From Chrysomallon squamiferum (lineage: Eukaryota; Animalia; Mollusca): a stretch of 64,000 bases of DNA. The stretch is taken from contig CM022677.1 of assembly GCA_012295275.1 (NCBI GenBank), forward strand, positions 26,350,001-26,414,000, written 5' to 3'. Made by a program: the position numbers and the translations under genes. This document shows positions 26,331 through 41,986 of the stretch, piece by piece. Position 1 is the stretch's first letter. The number at the start of each line of letters is the position of its first letter. Below the pieces are notes generated by a model. That model saw only the letters and a program-made list of their open reading frames with translations. It made no database searches and was not told the origin of the DNA.

Positions 26331-27070
26331 CAAGTAATTCATGAAATTAAAAAATAAGTTCACATCTTACTATAAAAGGCCACAAGATAGAGATCTAATC
26401 TGAGTCTGTGGGAATTCAGTTTGTATGTGTTGTTATTATTTTCATTTTATAATTCTTTTTAAATAAAACAAATAGGAAAATATGAATAAAGAAAATAATA
26501 TTTAGCTGTATGTAAATACAGAAAAGAATGAGCTGAAAAAAAACAAAACACAATATTAATATTATTACTAGTTCTATCTTATTGTCATAAGATCAAAGGG
26601 AGACAATCCAGATGAAATCCAGTAAGAAATCCCATTATTTTGCTTTTAAAACATTTTGTTGAGAGTAGCTATACTTATTTAATGCTTGTAGTAACAACTG
26701 TAACAAATAAATAAATTCTAAATACTGGACTGTTAGTGCATGCTTGGATAATTATTAGTCTGGTTCACTTAGAAATCTTTTTGTTACTAATTTTGCTTTC
26801 AGTGCTTGCTTTAATATTCTTAATATTTATTTACTAATAGCATTGTTTGAAAACATGGTCTTTAATATCTAACATGAAATAACCAGTTTAAACATTACTT
26901 ACAAAATTACTTTTTATAAATATAATCTGTACTTAGTAAGTTATTGGAGCAGCATAGGTAATTAGGATTTCACTAAGATTCTGTTTCTTAGTGTAATTTA
27001 TATTCAGCTTAAAAAGAGATACTGAGAGAGAATGTCTGTAGAAACTGCATATTTACAGATAGATATACAC

Positions 27071-27144
<74 letters not shown>

Positions 27145-27343
27145 CTCTCTTTCTCTTTTCTCTCTTTCTGTTGGTATTATACTGTTATTTCTCTTTCTCT
27201 TTGTATTTGTTTCTTTAAGTAGCTCTATCTTTGTTATTACTCTCTCTCTTGTTAGTAATTTTCTTTTACAACAGTATCATAATAAATAAATAAATAAATA
27301 AATAAATAAAGGGAGCTAACTCAGTTTGTATGAACTCCCGCAG

Positions 27344-27533
27344 ATGAACTTGAGGCAATGAGGGATGAACTGGACAGAAGACGGGAGGAATGTCTTCACC
27401 TGCGCGCGACGCTGGCTGACCGCAGCATCAACGCCCACTCCATCGCTAAAGAGTCGTACGGCGGCCACGATGAAATTGTCAACGAAGACGATGAGCTCGT
27501 GATGGCTTTCAAGACACAGAAAGATCTCAACAG
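27344..27533 (+). CDS. MYO5: Myosin V exon: (D)ELEAMRDELDRRREECLHLRATL...VNEDDELVMAFKTQKDLN(R)
   Basis: ccgcag|at...ag|gtaagt; corresponds to myosin Va EELDVRKEE and NEDGEL; ends in phase 2. Confidence 0.94.
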
Positions 27534-29159
27534 GTAAGTGTTGTTTGCTACCCACAAATCAGCTGGAAACATCCCAAAACTGAACATGGCCAAAACAGGA
27601 ATTTCCTGTTAACAGGACCATTTTGAAAATGGACATCCACAGATTTGATATCCTCAAACTGGACCAGTCCAAACTGGATATCCTAAACCTATTCATTACA
27701 GAAAATAAACATTTCCAAAATTGGAACTCACCAAAACTTTACATTCCAGATCTAGTATTCCAAAAATTAGACATCCCAAAAGTGACCATCCTAAATGGAA
27801 ACTGAACCAGTCCAAAAATAGACCATTCTGAATCTGGACAGTGATAAACAGGCAGTTCAAAAACTAAATATGATGGATATACAGATACTGGACTGTTCCA
27901 AAACTGAATCATTTCAATTAATTTTTTTTTTTTGCACTGATCAGTTTAGAGATGTTTCTGTCTGTTCAGTTTGAAAAAGCTTTACAAGATAAATGATTAG
28001 TTATTATTTTATTAAAAATATTTATGATACTTTGGTTTACTAGACAGCTGATAACATCATAACCAAAGTTCAGAGGTAAGTAGAATTTTATTGTTAACAA
28101 TCTGCCATGTCAGTGATAATGTGGTCCAGCAAATGGGGAACTTCAGATGCAAGGTAAGTTCATAGAGTTTTCCTGTGAAGCTGTCCTGTGAATGTGCCAG
28201 ACTTTGAGGCCAACAGAAAAACCTCTGTGCAAGATAAAAATATCATAAAGAAAATGCTAAGATAACGCTGGTTTTTGAGATGTCTTGAAGACAAGAACAA
28301 CAACATAAAAGTGTTTAAAAATGATCAGGAATGAGTCCAGCTTGAGACCCACTCCAGTCTGAAGAAAAAAAAACAGAAAGTAAATAAATAAATTTTAAAA
28401 ATGAAACAGAAAACCATGAAACAGTCTTGAAAATAAGAACAACAAATGAATGAAAAAAAACTTTTCATGACACCACCATATCAATAATGATTTCAAAAAC
28501 CAATATGTTGTGCCTTTGAAATATCCTATCATCATTGTTTCCTGTTTGTTACAACCTTTGAAAGAAGACCCATCATCATTGATCACAGAAAACAAACATT
28601 TGTTAACAGTCTGCCTTTGAAATAGAACACCTATCAAACAGTCTTGAATTCGTTTGAATGAAAATCTGCCTTCCTGAAAGAAGATCTATCATCATTGTCA
28701 TACCACGTTTGTTACAGTCTGCCTTTGAAAGAAGACCTATCATCATTGTCTGCGAAGACGTTTGTTACAGGCTGCCTTTGAAAATCTCATACAGTGTGTG
28801 CCTATCAAGACTCATATCATAATAAAAGGTGCCTGTTAGTGTCTTATATCATATGTATGTCTTGAGAAGATATCATATAAATATATATATGTCTGTTAAG
28901 GTCTTATATGATACAGGGTTCCTGTCAGGATTTTATATCACATGATGCTCAGTACTTCAAGACTTTTTGCTGAGTTGTTTATTTTAAAACAAAAACTTGT
29001 TTATCAACATTCTTGTCACACCTGCATCTGAACAGGTGTAAAACGTGAGGATTATTTAAAAATACATTAGAACTGTTACCTGGATGTCCTGTCTAGACAG
29101 GTTATAAATTTCCTATCAAATTGTTTGGATGGACCAGTAATAAGCGACCATAATCTCTT

Positions 29160-30075
29160 ACTGTCAAATTGTTAGTTTGTCACAGTATTCTGTCAAACTG
29201 TTGAGTTGTCACAGTATCCTGTCAGACTGTTGAGTTGTCACAGTATCCTGTCAGACTGTTGAGTTGTTACAGTATCCTGTCAAACTGTTGAGTTGTTACA
29301 GTATCCTGTCAAACTGTAAGATTGTCCCAGTATCCTGTCAAACTGTTGTCACAGTATCCTGACAAATTGTTAGTTTGTCCCAGTATCCTGTCAAACTGTA
29401 AGATTGTCCCAGTATCCTGTCAAACTGTTGAGTTGTCACAGTATCCTGTCAAATTGTTAGTTTGTCCCAGTATCCTGTCAAATTGTTAGGTTGTCACAGT
29501 ATCCTGTCAAACTGTTGAGTTGTCACAGTATCCTGTCAAATTGTTAGGTTGTCACAGTATCCTGTCAAATTGTTGAGTCGTCACAGTATCCTGTCAAATT
29601 GTTAGGTTGTCACAGTATCCTGTCAAACTGTTGAGTTGTCACAGTATCCTGTCAAACTGTTGAGTTGTCACAGTATCCTGTCAGACTGTTGAGTTGTCAC
29701 AGAATCCTGTCAAACTGTTGAGTTGTCACAGTATCCTGTCAAACTGTTGAGTTGTCACAGTATCCTGTCAAATTGTTAGGTTGTCACAGTATCCTGTCAA
29801 ACTGTTGAGTTGTCACAGTATCCTGTCAAACTGTTGAGTTGTCACAGTATCCTGTCAAATTGTTAGGTTGTCACAGTATCCTGTCAAACTGTTGAGTTGT
29901 CACAGTATCCTGTCAAACTGTTTGGTGGTCACAATATCCTGTCAAATTGTTTTGTTGTCATAGTATCCTGCAAAAATGTTTGTTGTCACAATATCCTTTC
30001 AACCTGTGTGTTGTTACCTGTGTCTTGTCTATCTGGATGTCACAATATCCTGTCTATCTGACTGTCACCGTATCC
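29160..30075. repeat. ~28-29-bp minisatellite (TGTCACAGTATCCTGTCAAACTGTTGAGT)
   Basis: About 30 copies with decaying edges. Confidence 0.92.
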
Positions 30076-30283
30076 TTATTCTGTCAAGATTATTTTGCTG
30101 ATAAAATTTAATTATACTGCAAAACCATTAGTAACATTTCACTTGTTTGCAGTTTTTAATTAACGATACAACAGAATGTGTAACTTTTCAGTAATGATAA
30201 ACATACAGCACGTAACTACAACATAATAAACAAACAACATTAAACAAATAAACAAATAAACAAATAAGTAAGTAAATAAATGA

Positions 30284-30318
<35 letters not shown>

Positions 30319-30648
30319 TAATAATAATAATATTTAAAAATAAAAATAAATTTCCCTTTATTAACTTTTTATGGTTCTTTTTTATATATATATATATATA
30401 TATATAAAATAATTTATTTTTATTCTGGCATTGTTTTTCAACTTATTTATTTTTTATTTATTTTGCTAACTGTTTAACTCTGGTCACATGATGCTTTAAT
30501 TTTACCACAACCTGCCCACCCTGTAAATCACAGTGGTTGAGTCCAAACACAGACTCAGATTAAAAACATTTTTCAAACTCTCCAAGCTGTTTACACTTTT
30601 GCTTGAACCCAGAGAGAGAAAGAGAAAAAAAAAAGCACACAGGAACTG

Positions 30649-30676
30649 TGACCTCTGACCTCTGACACAGTGACCT
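30649..30676. promoter_or_regulatory. Cluster of nuclear-receptor half sites including a perfect DR1 (TGACCTcTGACCT)
   Basis: TGACCT-C-TGACCT-C-TGACAC-AG-TGACCT just upstream of a CpG-richer patch; motif match only. Confidence 0.35.
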
Positions 30677-31541
30677 GTCAAGCTGGAATGTTTTACAGAT
30701 TCCTTGAGTGTTCATTCTTACCTGAGACTGTTCACCTGCCCAGTCATGCTTCAGCTGGTCTGTGACCGAACTGCAAGCCGTGAACGGAGGTTATCTGACA
30801 TCTTGTCATTCGGCCGATGTGCAAGTTTGGCTGGATTCTTTTTACTGAAGAAGAAAACAGTTCAGGGCGTGTCCTGCCCCACAAAGTGGAGGTTTCCCTG
30901 AAAAAAAAATCCTGTTTGTGTTGTGTTGTGTTGCGGTAGTTGAAGTTCATCCTGGTTGTGTCGCTGTGTGTTTTTTTTTTTATAAATAGCAAACGTCAAG
31001 CTGGACGGATTTGTTTTTCATTTCCAGTTGGTTGGAGGTTGTAACCAGACTTTACAGTCAGTATTTATCTTCATAATTCTTAGTCTTATTTACTCTTATA
31101 TAAATAGATTTGTGTTGAACTGAATAACAACAACATAAGTGTAAAACACACTGCCTTGTTGTCAACTGAGTTGTAATTATAGCTAACAGTATATAAATAG
31201 ATAAATATATATATATATATGTAATGCTCTTACTGTGTTTACAGTCTGCAGTGTATTGCACAAACTGCAGACAGCAGTAGTTAAACAGATAAATATGCAT
31301 ATAATACTCTTATTGTGTTTACAGTATAATCTTGTTTAGACAACAAGTTATCAGCTTTACATTCAAGTTGCTGTAAAGAATATGCTTCTTAAATCATGTC
31401 AGAGTATTTATATCAGTATTTCATTTCCCTTCTTTTATATTTTCTTCTTAATGTTTAAGTATTTCTCTCCGTACAAGATATGTTCATACTGCATGTAAGT
31501 TTTGTTATTTAGTTGATGTATAATATAGTAATCTAATTGTT

Positions 31542-31589
<48 letters not shown>

Positions 31590-32750
31590 TGTGTGTAGTT
31601 GGTGCAGTTAGTTTGTAGTAGTATAAAGTCACTGTATAATATATTAATCTCTGTTTTTCTCTTCTGTGTGTGTGTGTGTGTGTGTGTGTGTTTGTGTCTG
31701 TGTGTGTGTGTGTGTGTGGTGCATGCTTGTGCCTGTCTGTTTTGTGTTAGTGCAAAGTTTTCAGTACGTGTGACTGATTTGTTCTGTGTTTAACATGTCA
31801 GAGTAGATTTAGTGATATTTGTAAATCTGTGTAGCACTTGTACTAATCTGTGTTCAGTATGCATCTGTCACAGTCTGTCAACATATTTCACAGTGTTACT
31901 GTAATGTGACAACAGCAGAAACTGTTACACACTGAATTTCTTAATACACGTTTTTACTGTTTCTCTCATGTATGTGTTCTCTACAACCTTATCTTCAGTT
32001 ATTTGTTTTTTCTGATTGATCCTACTAGACTACATATCTGACTTCTCTGGTCTAAGTGGATGTCAGTGTCAAACACCAGTAGATGATAATATATGAATCA
32101 TCCTGTAGAGATCATTATTATCTCAGTGTTATAGTGTTTTATGATATACTGTGTTGATCTTGAGTATATTTTCTACAAAGGGGTTTGTCTGTGGTAAACA
32201 AGGAGAATACAGAGTGGCATAGACTCAGTGTGTGTGATTTTGGTGTTAGTGTTCAGTCACTGATGAATACTGATGTTGTAGGTTTATATCTGACCCCATA
32301 TCAGTCTAGAAACTACAGAGCTCTATGTTTTTAATCTACAATTTGTGTCAGACAGTTTATAACAATCAGAAAGCAAATATAAGTTATCTAATTTAGACTT
32401 CAGTTATATTATCTGCCATATGTTTCTGTCTGTTCAGATCATAATATAAGTCATGTAATTTTGTTTTTGTTCCTTCAGAATTATTAATTTTAGGCATTTT
32501 ATTTGTTGTATATTTCTGTCTACAGCAACTACCACTGTGGCAAGTTTAATATCATGGGCAGCACAACCACAACTTAGGATAAAGTTAAATTCTGTAAACT
32601 AATCTGCCTGTCTTTAACTCACTGTACACTGAAATTATTTAAATCTTCTGGAACTATTGATCTAAACTGTTTTAAATCACTGAACTATATTTTTATATTT
32701 ACTACCATTATTACCATTTTCATCTTCATCATCACCATCATCACTTCTGT

Positions 32751-32806
<56 letters not shown>

Positions 32807-33513
32807 TTACTGTTATGCTGGTCTGTACTATATTGTGTTATATTAAATCTTTAAGTTTCTAATCATGTTATGTAACTCAGTAATACTCAGTAATATCATT
32901 ATAATTCATATATCATTACTTCAATATCTACCCACCCACAACAGATGTTCATCCACATACAAATCAAACATGAACATCACCATATATATATACATCATTT
33001 ATTATATTTACTCATTATAATCTACCTTAGCTGACAAAAGTACAACACTGTAGGTTCTAGACTTGTACAAGTTTGCAATCTCATCTGAAAATTATAATCT
33101 AGAAATTTTATATATAATCTGTATATATATGTCATGTATTTCATGTGTGAAATGAAATCATGTTCTCATAATGCCACTTATTTAAAATGTTGTAAACATT
33201 TGTTCCAATCCAGTATGTCTGTAACATATAGTATATTTATAATACATCTATACTACATACCAGAGTTATAGCGCTATTATATTATTATTATATAACAGAT
33301 GCAAGTTACCATACCATATTATACCATGCTATGTTTGGTGTTAATGTATATGGATATATGTATGTATGTATGTATGGGTAGGTGTGTGTTTGTGTGTGTG
33401 TTTTCCTTAGCAGTTTTCAGTATACACTACTGTATGATTTTCTATACTGTTTTGTGTTCTGTTCTGTTTGTATTCTCTGGTTTAACAGTTTTTAATTATT
33501 TTAAATATTGAAG

Positions 33514-33613
33514 ACATTTACTTCCAAGTTTACTCTGAAATTTTAGTCATTTACTTCCAAGTTTACTCTGAAATGTTAGTCATTTACTTCCAAGTTTACT
33601 CTGAAATGTTAGT
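33514..33613. repeat. 33-bp tandem repeat, 3 copies
   Basis: CATTTACTTCCAAGTTTACTCTGAAATKTTAGT. Confidence 0.85.
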
Positions 33614-33892
33614 ACTGACAACAGCTGAATCTGGACTTTTATTATCTGCAGCTAGACATCTTTCATAGACACCAAACACATTCAGCTAAATGATTATATG
33701 TATTTAGGAAAAATAATAATATTTATTTAGTTAAATAAATAAATAATAACAGTAACAACAGCATTTACATTGACAATCATCATCATCAACATCATCGTCA
33801 TCAGCCAGACAAGTTTACAGTTATTGTAACTAATCCTGAACAAACTTTACACTGCTGCTGTTAATTTAGAAATATGTTTGATAAGTCTGCGA

Positions 33893-34324
33893 GCTGGTAG
33901 TGTTTTAACCCCTGGTAGTGTTTTAACCCTGGTAGTGTTTTAACTCTGGTAGTGTTTTAACCCTGGTAGTGTTTTAACCCTGGTAGTGTTTTAACACTGG
34001 TAGTGTTTTAACCCCTGGTAGTGTTCTAACCCCTGGTAGTGTTCTAACCCCTGGTAGTGTTTTAACCCCTGGTAGTGTTCTAACCCCTGGTAGTGTTTTA
34101 ACCCCTGGTAGTGTTTTAACCCCTGGTAGTGTTTTAACTCCTGGTAGTGTTTTAACCCCTGGTAGTGTTCTAACCCCTGGTAGTGTTTTAACCCCTGGTA
34201 GTGTTCTAACCCCTGGTAGTGTTTTAACCCCTGGTAGTGTTTTAACCCCTGGTAGTGTTTTAACCCCTGGTAGTGTTTTAACCAACCTCTGGTAGTGTTT
34301 TAACCCCTGGTAGTGTTTTAACCC
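33893..34324. repeat. 18-bp minisatellite (CCTGGTAGTGTTTTAACC)
   Basis: About 24 copies. Confidence 0.93.
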
Positions 34325-35136
34325 CAGACATTCAGATGTAGCTGTAGATACTGGGTGCCAGAGTAAACTGAACAAACCTGTGTTTGTTTTAAACAATTCA
34401 GAAAGTAAATATTTTCTCAGACAAACACACCTAGAAGGTTATGTTGTCCTAAGACATTTCTGTCATGTGCTGACTTACAGTAAAGCTCGGATATTTAACT
34501 TTTTAAACCAAACTGTTCCTTTTAATGTTTATTTTGAAACATGTATACTTTGAAGAACTTTAAAAAGTAAAAAAAACCAAAAAATTCTGTGTTTGCTGAT
34601 TATTCTAATTTTCTTCCTGTTTCTAATTTTTGTTTATTTTTGATTTAGTTGCTGTTGTTTTTGTTGTTGTCAGTCTTTTCTGTATTTGTTGAGTTGACAT
34701 TTTCTTCTTTTTCTTTTTTTAGTTCTTTTTTTAATCATTTATTTCTTATTTTATTTTTCATTATTAACTGTTATAATTTAGTATTAATGCTGTTTATTAT
34801 AATTGTGATTGTTGTTACTTATTTACTTATTACTTTTGTTATATTTATTTATTTATTTTTATTTTCCATATAAGCAAAGTAATATAATATGCACATATAT
34901 ATATATATTTTTTTTTAAATATTCTGAAAATAATAAAAAGAAAGAAAAAAGTAATACAGGTTAAAAAAGAATTTCATGGGTCTTTCAGGGGTTTTTTTCT
35001 GTGACATTTCAGTGTAAGAAGTATTTAACTATATATTTACAGCTGACATGTTTTTTCACATTGGTTTAAAGAAGGTAAATATTTTACAAGTTTCCTAGGA
35101 TACAGACTTGAGAAAACATTTCTTTGTCTCTTCGTG

Positions 35137-35169
<33 letters not shown>

Positions 35170-35431
35170 AATATGTGAGTTACATAGAACTTGTTTTAAA
35201 GCAGTTCTTCCTGGAGTTGAATTATTAAATGATTATATAATGTATCCGAATATTTATTTCTTTAATTGTGGTAACAGTAAAATTATTTTATTTTCAATAA
35301 GTTTATACATCTATATAAACTGTTCTAACACACTCGTACACACATTAAAAAACACATTACACACAAATAAGCATACAGGCCTACATACAGACATACATAC
35401 AACCATTGTTCAAAACACATGTTCTCACAGT

Positions 35432-35493
<62 letters not shown>

Positions 35494-35944
35494 CACACAC
35501 TCACACACACACTCACACTAATAATACACACACATAACACATGTCACACACACACACACACACACACTCACACACACACACAGTCACACACACACAGTCA
35601 CACAAAATATCTGCTTTTTAACTACTAGTAAATTGACAAGGAACGTTGAACTTTCCCACACAAAGATGGAGTGAACATTAATTTACACACACACACACAC
35701 ACACATTTTCATCATATGATGTGCTTGTCAGATTGTGTGTATAAGAGTGTGTTTTTTAACTTCTGTTACTGCATTGAGTCATCATCAACATCATCATCTT
35801 CAAAGATGGAGGAACATTAATTTATTTTATTTTCATCATGGTTGAAATTGTTGTTATTATTGTATTATTATTATTATTTTATTATAATTATTGTACAGTC
35901 ATCATCAACATCATCATCTTCAACATTATTATTACTGTTGGTTA

Positions 35945-35988
<44 letters not shown>

Positions 35989-36069
35989 CTTCAACACACA
36001 GTATGTATACCATTATTATTACTATTATTTTTTTTATTGATATTATTATTATTATTATTATTAGTAGTA

Positions 36070-36104
<35 letters not shown>

Positions 36105-36634
36105 ATTCAACACAGTATGTTATATTATTAAAAACTATTATTATTATTTTTATTTAATATTATTTTTATTATTATTGTTATTATTATTATTATTATACTT
36201 ATTATACTTGAACACACAGTATCTGTGACACTGGTACAATAAACTGCACACTCAGTGTATGTAGGTCAAAAACAAACTTGATAACCGTGCCAGCACTTAC
36301 AACAATACACAAGTCACTTGATTCTTCTCATGTTACTTCCCTTTACCAGACATGTGATGTCTCTAGTCAAACACCCACCCCCTTTTCTGCTGAAATATCA
36401 CTTATTTCCTTCATGTAGCAGTAGTAGTAGCTGATGTTTGATTCTTCACTGTGGATGTTGTCAGCATTGTGGTTTTCTTTGGTATTGTATTTGAATTGAT
36501 TTGGTTATAGAAATAGTAACAGATTTTTGTCGTTTTATAGTTATTGTTGTGACTGTTGCTGATAGGTATTATTATTTGCTGTCATCATCATCATCATCAC
36601 TGTCATCATAGTCATGATTATATTTGTTGTTGCT

Positions 36635-36679
<45 letters not shown>

Positions 36680-36718
36680 TTTAATATAATCTCTACATTG
36701 TTGTTGTTGCTCTGTTGC

Positions 36719-36759
<41 letters not shown>

Positions 36760-36922
36760 GTATGTACTACCATCATTATCAGCATCATTATTATTCCTAA
36801 TAAGTGTTTTCTTTTTACAGAATTTTTGATTTTATTAATTTCTTTTCCTTTTTCAAATTATAATAGATATTATAGATATCTTTTATTTTCAATATTTTTA
36901 TATTATTTTATTTTATTTTATT

Positions 36923-36989
<67 letters not shown>

Positions 36990-37197
36990 TTTGTGAAAAT
37001 GTTCTTTCTCTCTTTGTAAGTGGTGTAAAATAAATAAATTAAAAAAGCACATAGGTCACTTGAATATACTATCTGTGTAATCAATACCCAATTAATTTAA
37101 AACATCTGTTAATGTAATTAAGTCTCTCCTTCAGTTTTAATTATCAGAATGTAAGTATCAAAATATCAAATCACCAAAACTTAACACTATATGCAAA

Positions 37198-37230
<33 letters not shown>

Positions 37231-37595
37231 ACAATATAAAAATACAGAGATACTAACAGTAAATATAAAAATATTATAATAAAAAGTTCAGTACCAAAAG
37301 TTAAAAATACCAAAATAATAAAATATGACCATTATCAGTGTCAAGTTACAGTAAATATTCAATCATAACATTTTCTGATCAGATCCAGAATACTGATATG
37401 TGTTTTCATCAGGAGGTATTGTTCAAAATTCCAAAGTAATATTACTTAACAACACTGTGAAATCAGTAGCAAAACAATCTTAAATTATCAAAATAATATT
37501 ACATTATGAAATATGAAATTTCTAATCACCAGGTATCTGTATAAACAAATATATTTGTTATTATTATTGGCATTCCATACTTTTAAACTGGAATA

Positions 37596-37630
<35 letters not shown>

Positions 37631-38096
37631 GTCTATTTTTCTGTCTGTCTGTGTGTGTGCATGTTATCAAGTTTACAAAAATAGGTTTATCTGGAGGATT
37701 TCCTGAGGGGGAAAAATCTCAGATACAGATACAGATGTACGTAACTGTTACCCCAAACCAGACACACAATTCTGAGTAAACATGGTAGCCATATGTAGCC
37801 CAGCTGATAGTAAAACCTGAGAAAGGTTAAAACAGTGAACATGTTACCCATGTTTTCTAGATTTCTTGCTTTCTGCTGCTGGTACATCTTTGTTGTCAAT
37901 TTCTGATAATCTTTGTCAGAATTTCAAATTAGGGTTTTTCAGCTGTATCTTTATTACTAAGGTTATTTTTATTTTTATTACTGAGTTGTTACTTATTTAC
38001 ATTACTGTCCTGTACTGATTTCAACTTTCATGTTAATTACACTTTATTGCAAACAGAAATAAATAAACACTATATGTAAAAAAAAAAAAAAAATCA

Positions 38097-38143
<47 letters not shown>

Positions 38144-38273
38144 TAATAATAATAAAGTTATAGAAATGATATACTTTATTGCAAATATAAATATATAAAC
38201 ACTTTATTTTTTGTTAAAATATCTAATGCTTATAATAAAAGTAAAGTTTTAGAAATTATATTTATTTTTTGAC

Positions 38274-38338
<65 letters not shown>

Positions 38339-39681
38339 GTATATCTGTATATGAGTTTACAAAAACAAGTTAATTTTTTCTTAAAAACTTCTGTTACATA
38401 CACTTTACAACATACCTCTGAGAAATCGTCACCAGATTCTCTAGTTCCAAACTGAGCTCATTTCCTGAACTGTTTGTCTGAATACTTACTTCCCATGACA
38501 GCTGAATACTTACTTGCTCTTTGGTTAGGTGACAAAGAAGAAGTAAGCCAGTAATAAGTTATAATGTGAACTTCATGTTTAATCTGTGTAGTTCAATACG
38601 CATGACTGAACTCAGTGTTACTGTTACAATGAGACATGAACTGATGATGTGGCAACAGCATTTTCATGTTGTGCTGGTTTATACTTTACAAAAGTAACAA
38701 ATAAATAAACACTTCAAAATGGTAAATAACTAAACTACTATTGTAACCTAATTATACATTTCTACAACAACAACAACAACAACAACATCAACCACAGCTA
38801 CTACTTTTAATACTAATATCACAGCTGTTATTACTACAAATAATAATAACATAAATAATGAAACGTTTGCAAACAGTTTAAGCTGTTTCTGCTACAACTA
38901 CTACTACAACATCCTCTACTGCCTCTATTCATACAATCACCACTGTGACCTCTACCACTGCAGCTACCACTGATAATGATGATAAAATGAGTTTCCACAC
39001 CCAGAATACTTTCACTAACAGTCACATCCTGTTGTATAAAAATGTTTCTAATATTTAACATTTTTTTTTCTTTTTCTCGTCTTTGATGTGTCTAATCTTT
39101 GATGTGTCTAATCTTTGATGTGTCTAACCTCTGATGTGTCTAACCTTTGATTTAGTAAACACACACCAGACTTGAACCACCTCACACTGACACTAAGTGA
39201 ACCACCCCACTCCGACAACCACATTTAGAAAACAAAGAGAATTTGACATGAAGAGCTTATTCAAGTCATTTCTTATAAGAACTCTTTTACGGTACTACTA
39301 CTACTACTACTACTGCTGCTGCTGCTGAAGCTACTACTAGGAATAATAATGATGCTGATAATGATGGAAGTACATAATAATAATAATAATAATTTAATAA
39401 TAGCAACAGAGTAACAACAACACTGTACTACTACATCAAATACCACTGCACCTGTTAGTACTGCTACTATAATTACTGTTATTCTACTTCTGCTTGTTTT
39501 AATTAGTATTGAAAACACAAAAAAATGAAACAAAAACACTACAAAGTTGACATAGCAGTAATTAATCTCATATTTACATTTCTTAAACATTTGTCAATAT
39601 TAACACACTTAATAAAAAAAACTTGAATAAACAAGTATAATTTTGGTGTTCAATTACATATAATAATATACTTCTGCTGTT

Positions 39682-39733
<52 letters not shown>

Positions 39734-40234
39734 AAATGTTATTACTAAATAGAACATCCTCTACTGCAGCTACTGCTAATTCTAATACTATCATGCTATT
39801 GTTGTTTCTGCTTCTGTCATTTCTAACTGACATTTAAACCCAATCTAGACATTTATTTTTTTCTGTGTTGCAGTTGACACATTTATACAACTGCTACCCT
39901 ATCATATCCTCTGTACAACAGAAAAAACAAACTACTGGACATACAGTGGAGTTTACACAATGAGTAATCTGTGTTTACTTGTACACTTGTAACACATTCC
40001 TCGGTAGACTTGATTTACAAGCTTACTGGCAGAAAACACATTTCTTTTAATAGAAAAGGATTGCTTTGATTTTTAATCTTATTTTTTTTTATTATGTTGC
40101 TGTTGTTGTTGTTGTTGTTGTGGATGTTGTTAGTATTGTTATTGTTGCAGTTGTTTATGTTCCCCTCCTCCTACTGTTATTATTTGTATTATTATTATTA
40201 TTATTATTTATTATTATTATTATTATTATTATTT

Positions 40235-40287
<53 letters not shown>

Positions 40288-40288
40288 T

Positions 40289-40332
<44 letters not shown>

Positions 40333-41986
40333 GATATTGATATTGTTCTCAATAGTGTTGTCTTTTTGTTATTGTTATTATTCTTCATGTTCCTATCATC
40401 ATCAATATCATCATCTTCATATTAATGTTGTTGTTGTTGCTGTTGCTCATAGTATAAATAAGTAATGGTAGGAAGTACTGGTAATAGTTAATAATTGTAT
40501 GTTTTGAAACTATCTGAGTCTTTTTTCTTGAAACTAAGATTAATTGTTAAATTCTTTCTTTATAGATTTTCATATAAACATAATTTCTGTATAGGGTTAG
40601 TAATAATTACATCATTCGTCAAACTTAGCTTCACAGTATTAAATATTTAGAATAATAATAATAATAATAATAATAACTAATTAATTTAAATCAAGAGTAA
40701 TAAATTAATTACTGTATATAATAATTTCTATATTAATCATAACGATAGTTATTTAACTTTTTTTAATTTAAAGTTGAAATTTCTAAAATAGCTTGTATGA
40801 AAAAAAGATAATGAATATTTATATGTTTTCAAACTTATTTCCTCATTAAATAATTTCTGAATGAATAATAGATTAATTTTGTATACAGCAAAGAATCACA
40901 AACTAGTTTATGTATAAATATCCTTAGCAGTGATTAAAATTAAATATTAATAATTACATAAATTTTGATACAAAAGCTAAATTTTGATACAAGAGATAAA
41001 ATACTTTTTCAACTATGGTCAGTTATAATCTCCTTTATTAATATTGAAGGAACAATTAAAAAAAAAAATATATATATATATATATGTATATGTATTGTTT
41101 TTAATAAAATAAATATTGTTAAGAGGATTTACATTATTTCCATTCAGTGAAAAGATTATAAAACAGTTACTAACTGAATCAGTTAAATGTTCACCTCGTG
41201 CAGAATGTGGATTATTATTAGCAGGCTTCATTCAGTTTGTGACGCCAGAAAGGATTACCGAATAGTTTACATGTAATAAGCAATTAATCATCCTGTTATG
41301 AAATCACTGAAATGTGTGTCAGATAGATTATGTTTGTCCAGTCAGTATGTATCTATATTTATATCTGTATAAATTAATCAAGAAATTGTTCAGCTATGTG
41401 TAAAATACATAGGCTATGTTAGTGCATTCATTGTATATCTGTGTGTATTATATAGGATTTAGCTTGTATATTGTTGTATTAGTATTACTGAGGGTTTTTT
41501 CTATGTATGTGTTTGTATTATCTGTGGTGAGGATAGAGTTTCTGTGGTTAAATAGGAAAATAGTTGATGTCTCTGTTCTTGCTTGTGGCAGAAGTGGATG
41601 ATGTTTTTGAATGTATAAAGTCACTAAATCAATACTGTTGCAGCTTGCACATGATTCTGAGTTTTAATTTTATCTGTCTGCATTATTTTAATTCTTCATT
41701 GTGAGTTTTGATTTAACTGCTGAATTTTTATATTGCTCTCTCTCTCTCTCTCTCTCTCTCTGTATATACAATTTTTCTTACATCCCTCTTTCTTTCTCTA
41801 AGATTGTGGTACAAACATACATTTTTTTTCTTTCTATTTTATAACTGTATGTCATTATTACTATGGAAACGCTATCATTACGTTCATCAGTAAAATGAAA
41901 ATGATTTTGAAAAAAAAGAAGAAAGAAAAGGTCTAAGAATCATGAAACTAACAGGTATTATCTCCCTTTAAGGAACTCTTATGTGA

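Noticed and set aside
27560-28800. Degenerate short repeats (GGACATCCCAAAACT-like; TGCCTTTGAAAGAAGACCTATCATCATT-like) and small ORFs
   Set aside because: Old decayed minisatellites with no coding or element signature.
33974-34396. ORF with (PGVKTL)n repeats; TAACCC-like telomeric look
   Set aside because: An 18-bp minisatellite that is stop-free in one frame; no splice context and not a pure telomeric hexamer array.
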